Source: a virus
Lineage: Duplodnaviria > Caudoviricetes
Direction: 5' to 3' (one strand)
IMG/VR virus record: IMGVR_UViG_3300037484_000435
Location: 481,323 to 545,322 of that record
DNA: 64,000 nt
A model generated the notes under the pieces. The model worked only from the letters and a program-made list of their open reading frames with translations, had not been told where the DNA came from and made no database searches. The position numbers were made by a program, and so were the translations under genes. Shown here in pieces: positions 32,801-41,739 of the stretch. The first letter of the stretch is position 1; every line of letters starts with the position of its first letter.

Positions 32801-33560
32801 TAGTGCCCTCTGCTTTGTCAGATTATGAGCAAGAACAACTCCTGAGTGCTTTACAAACAAAGCTCCAGTGGATACAAAACGATTACGCTGGCAAGGCGAA
32901 AACGGCGGAAAGAATCTTGAAAGCCGTCAACGATAGAGACACGGATTATTAAACACAAGGGTCCCCACTTTAAGACGTTCTTAGGGTGGGGAACCTAACT
33001 TCTTCTCGTGTGTCTAAGTATCAGCATCTAAACTTAATGAATTGTCTATCCTTCTTTGGTTAGTACCCTCTAACCCAAGACTATATCTATGATTTTGAAG
33101 GGTAATTGAATGTATACACACAAAGGAGAAGCAAATGAGTTTGAGTATCGTTGTTGATGACGGAACAAAGGTTTTTACTTTGAGTGTCGGGATGAACCTC
33201 GAAGGTCTCCAAAAGATGTTTGGGGACTACTGGGATAAGTTGGAAGAAGATGTTCAGAACGATATCCGATGGGCAACAATGTCCAGCGACAAAACCAGTT
33301 ACAATCCCGGAGCGGCAACCGCAGTGAATGCTCTCATTTCAGAATTGGCTGATGGTGTCGTGAAGGATAAGGTAACGGCAGACCAAGCAGAATTTCTGTG
33401 GGAGAAAGCCATAGAAACTTTGGGGGAACATGACCTCTTTGGCCCCCGCCTGCACATATTGTTCAAGGATTATTCAAAGGGTGACCCGATGTTAATGTTG
33501 GGACATATTTTGAATGTATCGGAAGATTTTCTGTCGGCCAAAGCAGGAATTCGTAAATAA
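29797..33560 (+). other. Block of about 10 hypothetical CDS (e.g. 30402-30734, 30734-31075, 31434-31907, 32095-32307, 32300-32641, 33135-33560)
   Basis: Coupled ORFs; hairpin-rich gap at 32955-33130. Confidence 0.6.
32958..32998 (+). terminator. GC-rich hairpin, possible terminator
   Basis: Imperfect stem ccccact-t-taaga...tctta-g-ggtgggg after ORF 32596-32952. Confidence 0.4.
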
Positions 33561-33796
33561 ATTAGGACTGCCAAAAGGCTTGGAGGTTTACATGTTTTTA
33601 GAAGAGGTAACTAACAGGGGATAAGAATAAACCCCAACGAGAACGAAAGAAACAGTCAAAGAAAAAGAAGCCCACCGCTGTAGAAAGAGCAATAGAGGCA
33701 ACCAAGAGATTAGAAGAAAAAATGAGGCACCGTCGAGCAGAAAGACGGAAGCAGTTACCAGAAGAATTTGACTGTTGGTAGTTCAAATTTGGATAA

Positions 33797-33872
33797 TGGG
33801 CGATGGGCAAACTGGTAAAGCCGCAACTCTCTGAAAGTTGAGATATTGAAGGTTCGAAGCCTTCTCGCCCAG
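33797..33872 (+). tRNA. tRNA-Gln(CTG)
   Basis: Acceptor TGGGCGA/TCGCCCA, anticodon arm caact-ctCTGaa-agttg, T-loop ttcgaag. Confidence 0.88.
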
Positions 33873-33876
33873 CAAG

Positions 33877-33922
33877 AATTAACTTTCCTCCTCCCTAGGT
33901 TGAAGTTCGACTTAGGGAGGAA
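33877..33922 (+). promoter_or_regulatory. RBS-sequestering hairpin upstream of HNH gene
   Basis: cctcccta...tagggagg stem covers the GGAGG SD; near-copy at 35678. Confidence 0.65.
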
Positions 33923-33927
33923 CAAGA

Positions 33928-34704
33928 ATGGAATTAACAAAAAAACAAAAAGCAGGGTGTGAGAACGGTCGAATATATCGACAAAAAGCCCTCGATCGTT
34001 ATTATGAAAATCCAAGTAGGTGTAAATTTTGTGATAAAATAATTGAGGTTCCTGTTGACAAGAAACCATCTGATATTAGAAATAAGAAATTCTGTGATTC
34101 CTCGTGTGCTGCAAAATTTAATAATCGGGGTGTAGATCGCTGGGATAAAGCACGGGCACATAAACAGCGTGTTCGAAAGACAACCGATGGCACGACGAGA
34201 AAGAATGCCTGCGAAATTTGTGGGTCAGAAATTGTAGTGGCACCTAAAAAGTTACACAAGCAATCTGGCTATTATTTCTATGATCGCCAGTATTGTGACA
34301 AGTGTTTGCCTAGCGTTCGGTCTGCGAACTCTAAAAGGGCCGCAAAAGAGCGTGCAATCAAAAATGGAAAGACATACACAATAGCAACCCAGAAAGATAC
34401 TTTCGAGGAATTGGTCAACAAAGGACTAACTAAGGGTGAACTAAAGGTATTAACGAAAGATTTTGGTTACTATGGATGGAAAGGATCGATAACCAAACAT
34501 GCTAGGAAGGTTTTTGCTGGAAGTAATCAAGATTTAAAGTGTAGAGTTTGTGGTTTTGATTTTCATGTGCATGTATGCCACATCAAAGGGGTTAAAGAAT
34601 TTACAGATGACGTTAAGATATCAGAGATAAATGATTTGAACAATTTAGTTGCTCTATGTCCAAATCATCATATAATGTTTGATAAAAACATTATAAGTAT
34701 TTGA
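33928..34704 (+). CDS. HNH homing endonuclease between two tRNA-Gln genes
   Basis: CKFC...KKFCDSSCAA N-terminal zinc motifs; C-terminal CRVCG..HVHVCHIK...NNLVALCPNHH. Confidence 0.85.
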   Translation: MELTKKQKAGCENGRIYRQKALDRYYENPSRCKFCDKIIEVPVDKKPSDIRNKKFCDSSCAAKFNNRGVDRWDKARAHKQRVRKTTDGTTRKNACEICGSEIVVAPKKLHKQSGYYFYDRQYCDKCLPSVRSANSKRAAKERAIKNGKTYTIATQKDTFEELVNKGLTKGELKVLTKDFGYYGWKGSITKHARKVFAGSNQDLKCRVCGFDFHVHVCHIKGVKEFTDDVKISEINDLNNLVALCPNHHIMFDKNIISI

Positions 34705-34706
34705 AA

Positions 34707-34789
34707 TGACAGGTACTCGAATGGTACAGAGGCCAGATTTTGAATCTGGTGCCGAAAGGTCGTAGGTTCGACCCCTACCCTGTCAGCCA
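34707..34789 (+). tRNA. tRNA-Gln(TTG) with enlarged variable region, encoded CCA
   Basis: TGACAGG/CCTGTCA-G-CCA; ccaga-ttTTGaa-tctgg; variable tgccgaaaggtc. Confidence 0.88.
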
Positions 34790-34797
34790 AAAAATAC

Positions 34798-34897
34798 GCC
34801 GTAGTTAGGTACGCGACTATGAACAAAGGTGCTACGATGCTAGCTTATGTGAACTGGAGTGATTAGTTCCGTGGTTCGAGCCCACGGTGCGGCCCCA
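34798..34897 (+). ncRNA. Degenerate tRNA-like RNA (100 nt)
   Basis: gccgta/tgcggc acceptor-like stem, ccgtgg-ttcgagc-ccacgg T arm, 3' CCA; no canonical anticodon arm. Confidence 0.5.
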
Positions 34898-34902
34898 TCT
34901 AT

Positions 34903-35077
34903 ACCATGCCCCTCGGAAGTTAGCCAAATGTTAAAATAGCTTGAAGGTCGGTCGACAGACTGGATGGTGTTCACAAGAGGTGGGACTGGGGAAACAATGA
35001 GGGACTCGACAGCTTTACTAGTAAGGGCTTAGAGGGAACTATGAGTTTCGGGGGTTCAAATCCCTCGCATGGTACCA
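34903..35077 (+). ncRNA. tRNA-like RNA A (175 nt): acceptor + T arm + CCA enclosing a large insert
   Basis: ACCATGC/GCATGGT-A-CCA; ggggg-ttcaaat-ccctc. Confidence 0.65.
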
Positions 35078-35084
35078 AAATTAT

Positions 35085-35213
35085 ACCTCGCCCCGGAATG
35101 TAGGTAACCGTTAACTTGAAGGTCTGTCGACGGACTGGAGAGCGTTTGCGGGGAAGTAGTCAGGGAAAATACAATAGCGTGTTTGCAAGGTTCGATTCCT
35201 AGCCGAGGTAACA
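35085..35213 (+). ncRNA. tRNA-like RNA B (129 nt), paralogue of A
   Basis: ACCTCG(C)/(C)CGAGGT-A-ACA; caagg-ttcgatt-cctag; shares cttgaaggtcNgtcgacRgactgga with A. Confidence 0.6.
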
Positions 35214-35226
35214 AGAAAGGAAAAAA

Positions 35227-35675
35227 ATGGAAAAAACTCAAGCCGAAGAATTTTCACAGGACATAAAAAATCTGACACAAACAGGGCTGAAGGTCCAAGA
35301 GGCCATATTTACGGAAGGGATTCTCAGAAAGTATTTTGATGCTCGGCTGGGAGACGATGAAGTAATTTTCCCTGATGGAAGTAAAGCTCTCTATACTAGC
35401 GAAAAAGAAGGGTTCAGAGCGAAATAATGGAAACAGAATTAAAACCGGGGTATTATTGGTGGAAATACAAAATTCATCCTTGGTGGTGTGGTATTATTCA
35501 GATTTACGGTGTCCCTCCCTTTTGTAAATGGGCCATCATTTGTGGTGGGAATAACTGTGGGGACCCAAGTATTGTTAGGATTGGTGAATTAGATTTTCCG
35601 ACACTTGGTAGTTCAAAAATAGAGATAGGCCCTCGTATTGAGATGCCTCCTGAAGAAAGACAGGCTAGTAGATAG
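35227..35675 (+). other. Two small hypothetical CDS (35227-35427, 35427-35675)
   Basis: RBS gaaagga; TAATG overlap. Confidence 0.6.
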
Positions 35676-35677
35676 TC

Positions 35678-35728
35678 AATTAACTTTCCTCCTTCCTATA
35701 AATCGAAATTCGTTTCTTATAGGGAGGA
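35678..35728 (+). promoter_or_regulatory. Second copy of the RBS-sequestering hairpin
   Basis: aattaactttcctccttccta...tagggagga. Confidence 0.6.
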
Positions 35729-35735
35729 GTGACAA

Positions 35736-36179
35736 ATGGAACAAAAAGAAGTTAAGGAATCTGCATCTAGATTTACACGCTTCGCCAAGTGGACTGCACG
35801 TGCCACTGGTCGACCGGCAACCTTCGTGTTTGCAGTGTTGGTAATCGTGGTGTGGGGCCTAACAGGGCCAATATTTGGTTTCAGTGATACTTGGCAACTA
35901 GTAGTCAATACCAGTACGACGATCGTGACCTTTCTCATGGTATTCCTCATTCAAAATACTCAAAATAGGGATTCCGAGGCTGTACAAGTCAAGTTGGATG
36001 AACTGATTCGTGCTATGGGAGGTGCACACAATGCACTCCTGAATCTAGAGGAACTGGATGAAAAGGAGATAGGTCTCATACGAGCCAACTACGTAAAATT
36101 GGCGGAAAAAGAAAAGGACTCTGTAAAACAGGGAAATGTTGATACAGGGGCACCAGAAGTTGAAGAACGGATAGATTGA
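35736..36179 (+). CDS. Low-affinity iron permease family (Fet4-like) membrane protein
   Basis: FSDTWQLVVNTSTTIVTFLMVFLIQNTQNRD..AVQVKLDELIRA. Confidence 0.85.
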   Translation: MEQKEVKESASRFTRFAKWTARATGRPATFVFAVLVIVVWGLTGPIFGFSDTWQLVVNTSTTIVTFLMVFLIQNTQNRDSEAVQVKLDELIRAMGGAHNALLNLEELDEKEIGLIRANYVKLAEKEKDSVKQGNVDTGAPEVEERID

Positions 36180-36235
36180 CGCTATCCGAATTACATGCTT
36201 GACTCCTTAATTAGAAGAAGAAGGAGAAAAAGAAA

Positions 36236-36565
36236 TTGTTTACAGTAAAAATAAAGAAACTCGACCCATTTTCATTGATCGGAACACCAGACGATGATGG
36301 AAAAGGTACAGTGTGTTACCGACATTGTACCAAACTTATTGAAGCCACTGATGTGGCTATCCACACCCTGAGACCTGGTGAACTATATGGCATTTCTGGA
36401 ACAACAGGTGATGGAAAAAAATTCTATTATTATATTGCTGACCCAGATGTACCCCAACCAGCTGATATAACGAAAGCGGATTCTGTTACAGGTGAATCAC
36501 TATTTGGTTACGAAGCCTACATTGAAAATTCAGCAGGTGCTACAACCGAAGTAGTAAAGTTCTAA
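36236..36565 (+). CDS. Hypothetical protein
   Basis: RBS aaggag. Confidence 0.55.
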   Translation: MFTVKIKKLDPFSLIGTPDDDGKGTVCYRHCTKLIEATDVAIHTLRPGELYGISGTTGDGKKFYYYIADPDVPQPADITKADSVTGESLFGYEAYIENSAGATTEVVKF

Positions 36566-36587
36566 ACTAGAACATCAACTGAGTCAG

Positions 36588-37058
36588 GTGTGTAATTACA
36601 AGAAAGGAGTAAAGACATTGGAAAGAAGAGATGTATTAAAACTAGGAGTAACAAGTCTGGCCGTTTTGTCACTACCCTCAGCAGTTCTTGCTGTTGTTAA
36701 CCCAATCACTCCCCACGAGTTAATGGATTTGAAAGACCTTATGTCGGGTACGTGTGAATGGCTATCAACAAATGATTGGCATTATCAGGGGCCTTATAAA
36801 TCTTCAAAGGGAGAGACGGATCTGGTCAAGTTAGTAATTGACCCCTACGTTTTTGAAGTTTCGCGTTGCAACAAAGAAGGTAGGTGCTCCTATCTAACTC
36901 AAGTACGTAAAACCCATCCAGAAAGACCCACGAGACAGGTATCTTCTTATATTGCTTTTTGGCGACATGGGACCGACAGCCGTAAAGTGAGGCAAGCCCT
37001 GTCAAAACAGCTCAAGCGAAGCTATATTTGGCTCGCTTCAGACCAAGGAGTGGTATAA
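36588..37058 (+). CDS. Putative Tat-exported protein
   Basis: ERRDVLKLG twin-arginine motif followed by hydrophobic stretch and AxA-like site. Confidence 0.55.
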   Translation: MCNYKKGVKTLERRDVLKLGVTSLAVLSLPSAVLAVVNPITPHELMDLKDLMSGTCEWLSTNDWHYQGPYKSSKGETDLVKLVIDPYVFEVSRCNKEGRCSYLTQVRKTHPERPTRQVSSYIAFWRHGTDSRKVRQALSKQLKRSYIWLASDQGVV

Positions 37059-37913
37059 TGGTAATTCAACCTAGAAAGAAGACTTGCCCTCATTGCGGGG
37101 GCACAGGTAAAAATTCACTCTTGTCAAGGTGCATGCCTCGTTATGGCCTTGACCCTCTCAAAGAAGGACACGAAGATTGGGCCCCAGCCGATGAATGTAT
37201 TCATTGTGACGGGAAAGGATATATTGAGGTGATGCCTCGAAATATTCCTCATGGTCCTTGTCTCTGCTGTTCAGGAAAGGATTGTCAATGTTAAACTTAA
37301 TACCAGATTGGAGTGAGTCAGGCACTATAGAGGAGTTGTCAAAGAGAATAGAGGATTTTGCGTTCAGCGGTCCTGGTTTTTATTTAACAAAAACCGACAC
37401 CCTTCTTGTCATTCCGAAACAACGCGGTGACCAACTTGAGGTAGACTCAGAAAATATTTGGCATAGAAAACAACCAGAAGGAACTATCTTTGTGGCTTAC
37501 TGCTACAGGACTCCTTACCACGTAACAGCCCTTTCCGCTATAGCGTCTGCACCAGTGAGAGATGACAAACGATGATGTGTCCCAAGACCATTTATCTCCC
37601 TTTTTAACTTAGACAGGGTAATAATTTCTCATTTCACTTACGAAAGGAAGTAGTTATGCCACTAGATTACAAATGGGCTCTGACACAAATAAAAAGCGGA
37701 AAGAGTGTGGAACAAGTTGAACAGGCAGCGGAGCAGTGCATCGCGGAAGCTAACCAAGAACTGCTCCATAAGCAGATTATGACCTTTCTGGTTTCAGGCA
37801 GGTCTTTTGTTAGTTGTGCTAGACACTTGTCAGATGAACAAATCAGGAGAGTAATCAAAGGTGTGGGTGAATCCTTCGTTATTCATGTGAGACAATACGA
37901 AGAAACACACTAA
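37028..37913 (+). other. Three hypothetical CDS (one with a DnaJ-like CxxCxGxG motif)
   Basis: CPHCGGTG...CIHCDGKG in 37028-37294. Confidence 0.55.
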
Positions 37914-37992
37914 GGAGGAAGCAAGTATGCCCTTTTACGTTATGGACACCTTCATGCGTCACTATTAAATTACGACGCAATGGAGGTAAAAG

Positions 37993-38814
37993 ATGAATGA
38001 AAAACGCGTAATGGATGCCTTTCACGCTATGGGCTGGGGTATCGAAATCCAAGAACGAGTTACCCGTGACCTTTGGGATGGTCGCCGTGACCGAGGCACC
38101 AGCCGAATCGACGTCAAGGGTAAAATCGGTAAACAGTGGTTTGAAGCAACCGTTGCTGAAGGCACGGAGTGGGTTATTCTCGATTCGAATCAAAAAGAAT
38201 CAGGAATACTCATCATGCTGAAAGACTACGAAGCCCGCTACGATCGTCAGAATGTTTCTAAAATGTTGGTGGGCCATGATGAGCGACAATTGTTTGTTGC
38301 GGCGGTTCCTGTTAACACCAAAAGTGTTGCAGAAGCTAAGGACCGTTTAAAACCAGCTATTGTGCAGAATGCTGAACGTCGAGCAGGTGTCCGAGCTAAG
38401 GACAAGAATAAGCATCGTAACACCGCTTGGGCACGCCAAGGGGATTTTTTCTTTGTCCCCGCCCCTAACGCCGATATCGACGAAAAACTTATTCACCGAA
38501 ACGAGCCTATTAACCAAAGAGGTGGGCGTTCCCATATTGTTCAGGAACTATACCGCGTTGGTGGTCACTCTGGATATTGGGATGGTAGCCGTTGGATTAC
38601 GATCGGGCAGTATATGCGACTTCCCGCCATGGACAGGCTTCGTTGGGAAGCTCGCACTAGAGGAGCCCGTGTTTACGCTCGTGGAAGAATAACGCATCCA
38701 CAGCACGCGACCCTAGTGTTGAAGGGCTGGCACCTAGTCTGCCCCAATACGGAAGCAGCCGCCCGAGATCGCTTTGGGCGTCCTGTGTGGAGAAATATGG
38801 CTTTCATTGATTAA
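37993..38814 (+). CDS. Hypothetical protein with RQGDFFFVP motif
   Basis: 273-aa ORF followed by a strong hairpin. Confidence 0.7.
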   Translation: MNEKRVMDAFHAMGWGIEIQERVTRDLWDGRRDRGTSRIDVKGKIGKQWFEATVAEGTEWVILDSNQKESGILIMLKDYEARYDRQNVSKMLVGHDERQLFVAAVPVNTKSVAEAKDRLKPAIVQNAERRAGVRAKDKNKHRNTAWARQGDFFFVPAPNADIDEKLIHRNEPINQRGGRSHIVQELYRVGGHSGYWDGSRWITIGQYMRLPAMDRLRWEARTRGARVYARGRITHPQHATLVLKGWHLVCPNTEAAARDRFGRPVWRNMAFID

Positions 38815-38822
38815 GCCAACCC

Positions 38823-38850
38823 GCTGGGTGTCTACCAATAGGCACCCAGC
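38823..38850 (+). terminator. Hairpin gctgggtgtcta-ccaa-taggcacccagc
   Basis: 12-bp stem after the stop codon; no U-tract. Confidence 0.45.
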
Positions 38851-39115
38851 ACAAGGGAAAAACTAATGAGTTTCTTAGATTACCATACACGGTATACTTT
38901 CGGAAAACTTTCTATCGATGTGGAGTCTTTTATACTTTACAACAGTTTGTGGTTTGGTGGGGGTTTAAATTGGGAACGTTCTCCTGATTATTTATCCCTC
39001 GATTTTCATCTTAATGTAGGAGTCGTAATGATTAAGCTGGACTGTTTCTATGTTTATACCGTTGCACAAACTACAAATAAAACAGAATAACAATTCTTAA
39101 CCATCTAAAAAATAT

Positions 39116-39237
39116 ACCGAGATAGCTCAGATTCCTAAGGCATGCCGTAAAGACCCAAAGTACACGGGTTATATAAGCAAAGAGCGTTAGGCTGATAACC
39201 TAAAGGTCTGAGAGACTGGGGAACTCTCATCTCGGTA
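39116..39237 (+). tRNA. tRNA-Ile(GAT)-like gene with large D-loop insertion and aberrant T-loop
   Basis: ACCGAGA/TCTCGGT-A; TAGCTCAG...AGAGCG D stem; ttagg-ctGATaa-cctaa; tgagag-actggggaa-ctctca. Confidence 0.7.
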
Positions 39238-39244
39238 CCGCTAT

Positions 39245-39397
39245 TTACCACATCTGGGGGGCTTCAAGGAAGCGTGTTCTTTGGTGTTGTTTCTTTGAGG
39301 TAGTACTACTTAAGGAACAAGATACTTCTCTTACGGCAACGACATAAGCTGGGGGAGTTAGTGTAGCCAAGTGCTTGCTGTCCCCCAAATGTGGTGA
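39245..39397 (+). ncRNA. Unknown structured RNA (153 nt) closed by a 15-bp terminal stem
   Basis: ttaccacat-c-tggggg / ccccca-a-atgtggtga plus internal hairpins. Confidence 0.5.
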
Positions 39398-39424
39398 ATA
39401 ACTTTTGAAAGGAAACTAAATAAG

Positions 39425-39907
39425 ATGTTTATACACAGTTGGGGTTGTAACTTTTGTGGTGCTCTACAGTCTGACAAAGTTAAGGCTAAGAAGCACGAAG
39501 ATGAGTGCCGACAGAAATTCTGGGCAGAACAAGAGTTTGACGAACCCGATGAACAATGTGAATACTGTAAGTGGGAAGGTCGCGTTGATGGCTCAGGAGA
39601 GCCTTGCTATCACTGCAAACGGCACTGGGAAATGCCCACCAAGTTAGAGTGCTGTAGTGGTTTGGAACCTCGAAAATTTTTCTCATGATGATTTAAAGGA
39701 GACAAGACAATGAAACATCCTCTTGATAAATTTTCAGCTGTCTACAGTTTTCTGCTTTCCGAGAAGGACACACTGGAAAAAGAACTTGCTCAAGGTGTAA
39801 CAGGTTCTGAAGCGGTGGCCCTCTCAAATAAAATAACCTTCTTGGAAACCCTCATGGATAGGGCGATAGTAAAGTATCGTGGAGAGGCGAATGCGGCCAA
39901 AGCTTAA
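39425..39907 (+). other. Two small hypothetical CDS (39425-39688 Cys-rich, 39710-39907)
   Basis: RBS-preceded ORFs. Confidence 0.6.
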
Positions 39908-39928
39908 GGGAATTAAGTTTTTACATAC

Positions 39929-40004
39929 GGAGTACTAGCTCAAACGGATAGTCAGCAAGGCCCTCTTAAGGCCGAGGTTCTGGGTTCGAGTCCCAGGTAC
40001 TCCA
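39929..40004 (+). tRNA. tRNA-Lys(CTT)
   Basis: GGAGTAC/GTACTCC-A; ggcc-ctCTTaa-ggcc; ctggg-ttcgagt-cccag. Confidence 0.88.
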
Positions 40005-40020
40005 CAAGAAAGGAAAGATA

Positions 40021-41737
40021 TTGAATCTAGAACAAGTCAGAGCAGATTTTGCTAACTTTTATTCTGCCTGCTATACAGACGCTCTTGAGTGTATGCGTGC
40101 AGATGGTTATAGCGTTAACTTTCACACCCGCCCTATCCCCAGTTCTTCTGACCCTGAAGATTTGACTATAGTTCAGGTAGTAAGTTTCTTTCGACCTAAT
40201 GACGGAACCACGATAGAATTTGCGGTACTGTGTAGGTACTCGTCTGAAGGGGCGGATAGGAAAGCGTGGTTTGTGTATGCCGTTGGAGAACAATCAGCTT
40301 CATTGTCTGCGGAGAAAGCACAGGCTGTTATGCAGGCTTCCGTGGGCTGTTATAATTCCAACTTCCACAAGCTAGATAGTGAAAAAGAAAACTATCTGAA
40401 CTAATAGCAGGAGTCAGAACCATGATTAGCAAAAGCGAAGTTATTGTCTCCCAAAAAGAAAAGTTGGAACCCTATCTGAAAAAGGCAGAAAAATTCATAG
40501 ATGAGCGACTTTTGACCTATGAGCCAGGTGGCCGTGTTTGTGTGAGTAGAGCCCAACTATTCGCTGGGCTTAGCTCAGATTTCTATGACATAGCGGTTAA
40601 GTGGATTATAGAACGCTACGAAGTAGAAGGGAAATGGAAAGTAACTCTTAAGCAAGACCAGCGAGATGGAGATACTCTAACCTTTGAGTAGAAAGGAAGT
40701 AATATGCCAACATCTAAACTCCGTGACCTGCTTTCGGATGTGGAAAAGACAGCTGAAGTTTCACAGTTCGGTCCAAACTGGAATCTGGCAAGAAAACACA
40801 TACAACACATATCTTTTGAAATTGGCCCCTGCCTAATCAACTACACCTACAACCCTGAAGAACAAACCTGTACCTGTGAAACGATCGACATAGACTTAGG
40901 TGAGACGATTGGCACGCAGATATTCTCCAACGTGAGTCCTGCTCTCTGGGCTCGAATCACGGATAAGTTCTGTGTTTATGACGATCTGGATGATTGTGCG
41001 GAGTGGGGGGAGGATAGTGAAACAATACATAGTTGACGGAACAATTTTGTTCATCAGAGAAGCCACAGGAAACAAACTAAACTGTTTGCGTATTCCTTCC
41101 TTTAAGGGGGATGGTACAGCTGATGTGTCGACAACCATCCCCGATCCCGTGATAGTAGAAATAGATGAGTATCGTCTGCGTCCAGCGACTGAGGCGGAAT
41201 ATCGTGAATGGCAATCTCTCGGTGATTTTGAGAGGTCGCATCGTACTACAGTGTGGCCTAGCGGTTGGGGTGGACATACAGAAGAAGGGGACCACCGAGT
41301 TCCAATATTCGGTGTCACAGTTGACTGGCTATTTGACTGGCAACAGTTTCCCAATGAACGTACTCCTGATGTGAGACACACATCATTCGGAAGGAGATAA
41401 AATGAGCATTACACTCGAAGAAGTATTGAAGTTGGTTGAGGACTGTGAGTGGAAGATAGATAAAAGAAGCGATATCTTGACAACTTGTAGCACCTCCAAA
41501 GGGCCTTATACGTTCAGCTTGACCTACGGCACTGGCATAGGTCCAATACCCTCCCACACAGATCTTGAAGTTTATAACTACAAAAAAGATAAGGTAGCTG
41601 AGTTTAATGATAACGGCTATTTTGGGCCGTTAAAGAATCTTTTCGGAGCAATACAAGCTACACAGAGAAAAACATCTCAGGATTTACACCGAAAAGAGGT
41701 AGACGCCTTTGAAGAGTTTGTGAAGGCACAAAGGTAG
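40021..41737 (+). other. Five hypothetical CDS (40021-40404, 40422-40691, 40704-41036, ~41020-41400, 41402-41737)
   Basis: RBS-preceded, tightly packed. Confidence 0.6.
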
Positions 41738-41739
41738 GT

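Noticed and set aside
34903-35213. Possible tmRNA (one- or two-piece)
   Set aside because: Too short, no G3-U70 pair, and no tag ORF ending in an ALAA-like sequence.
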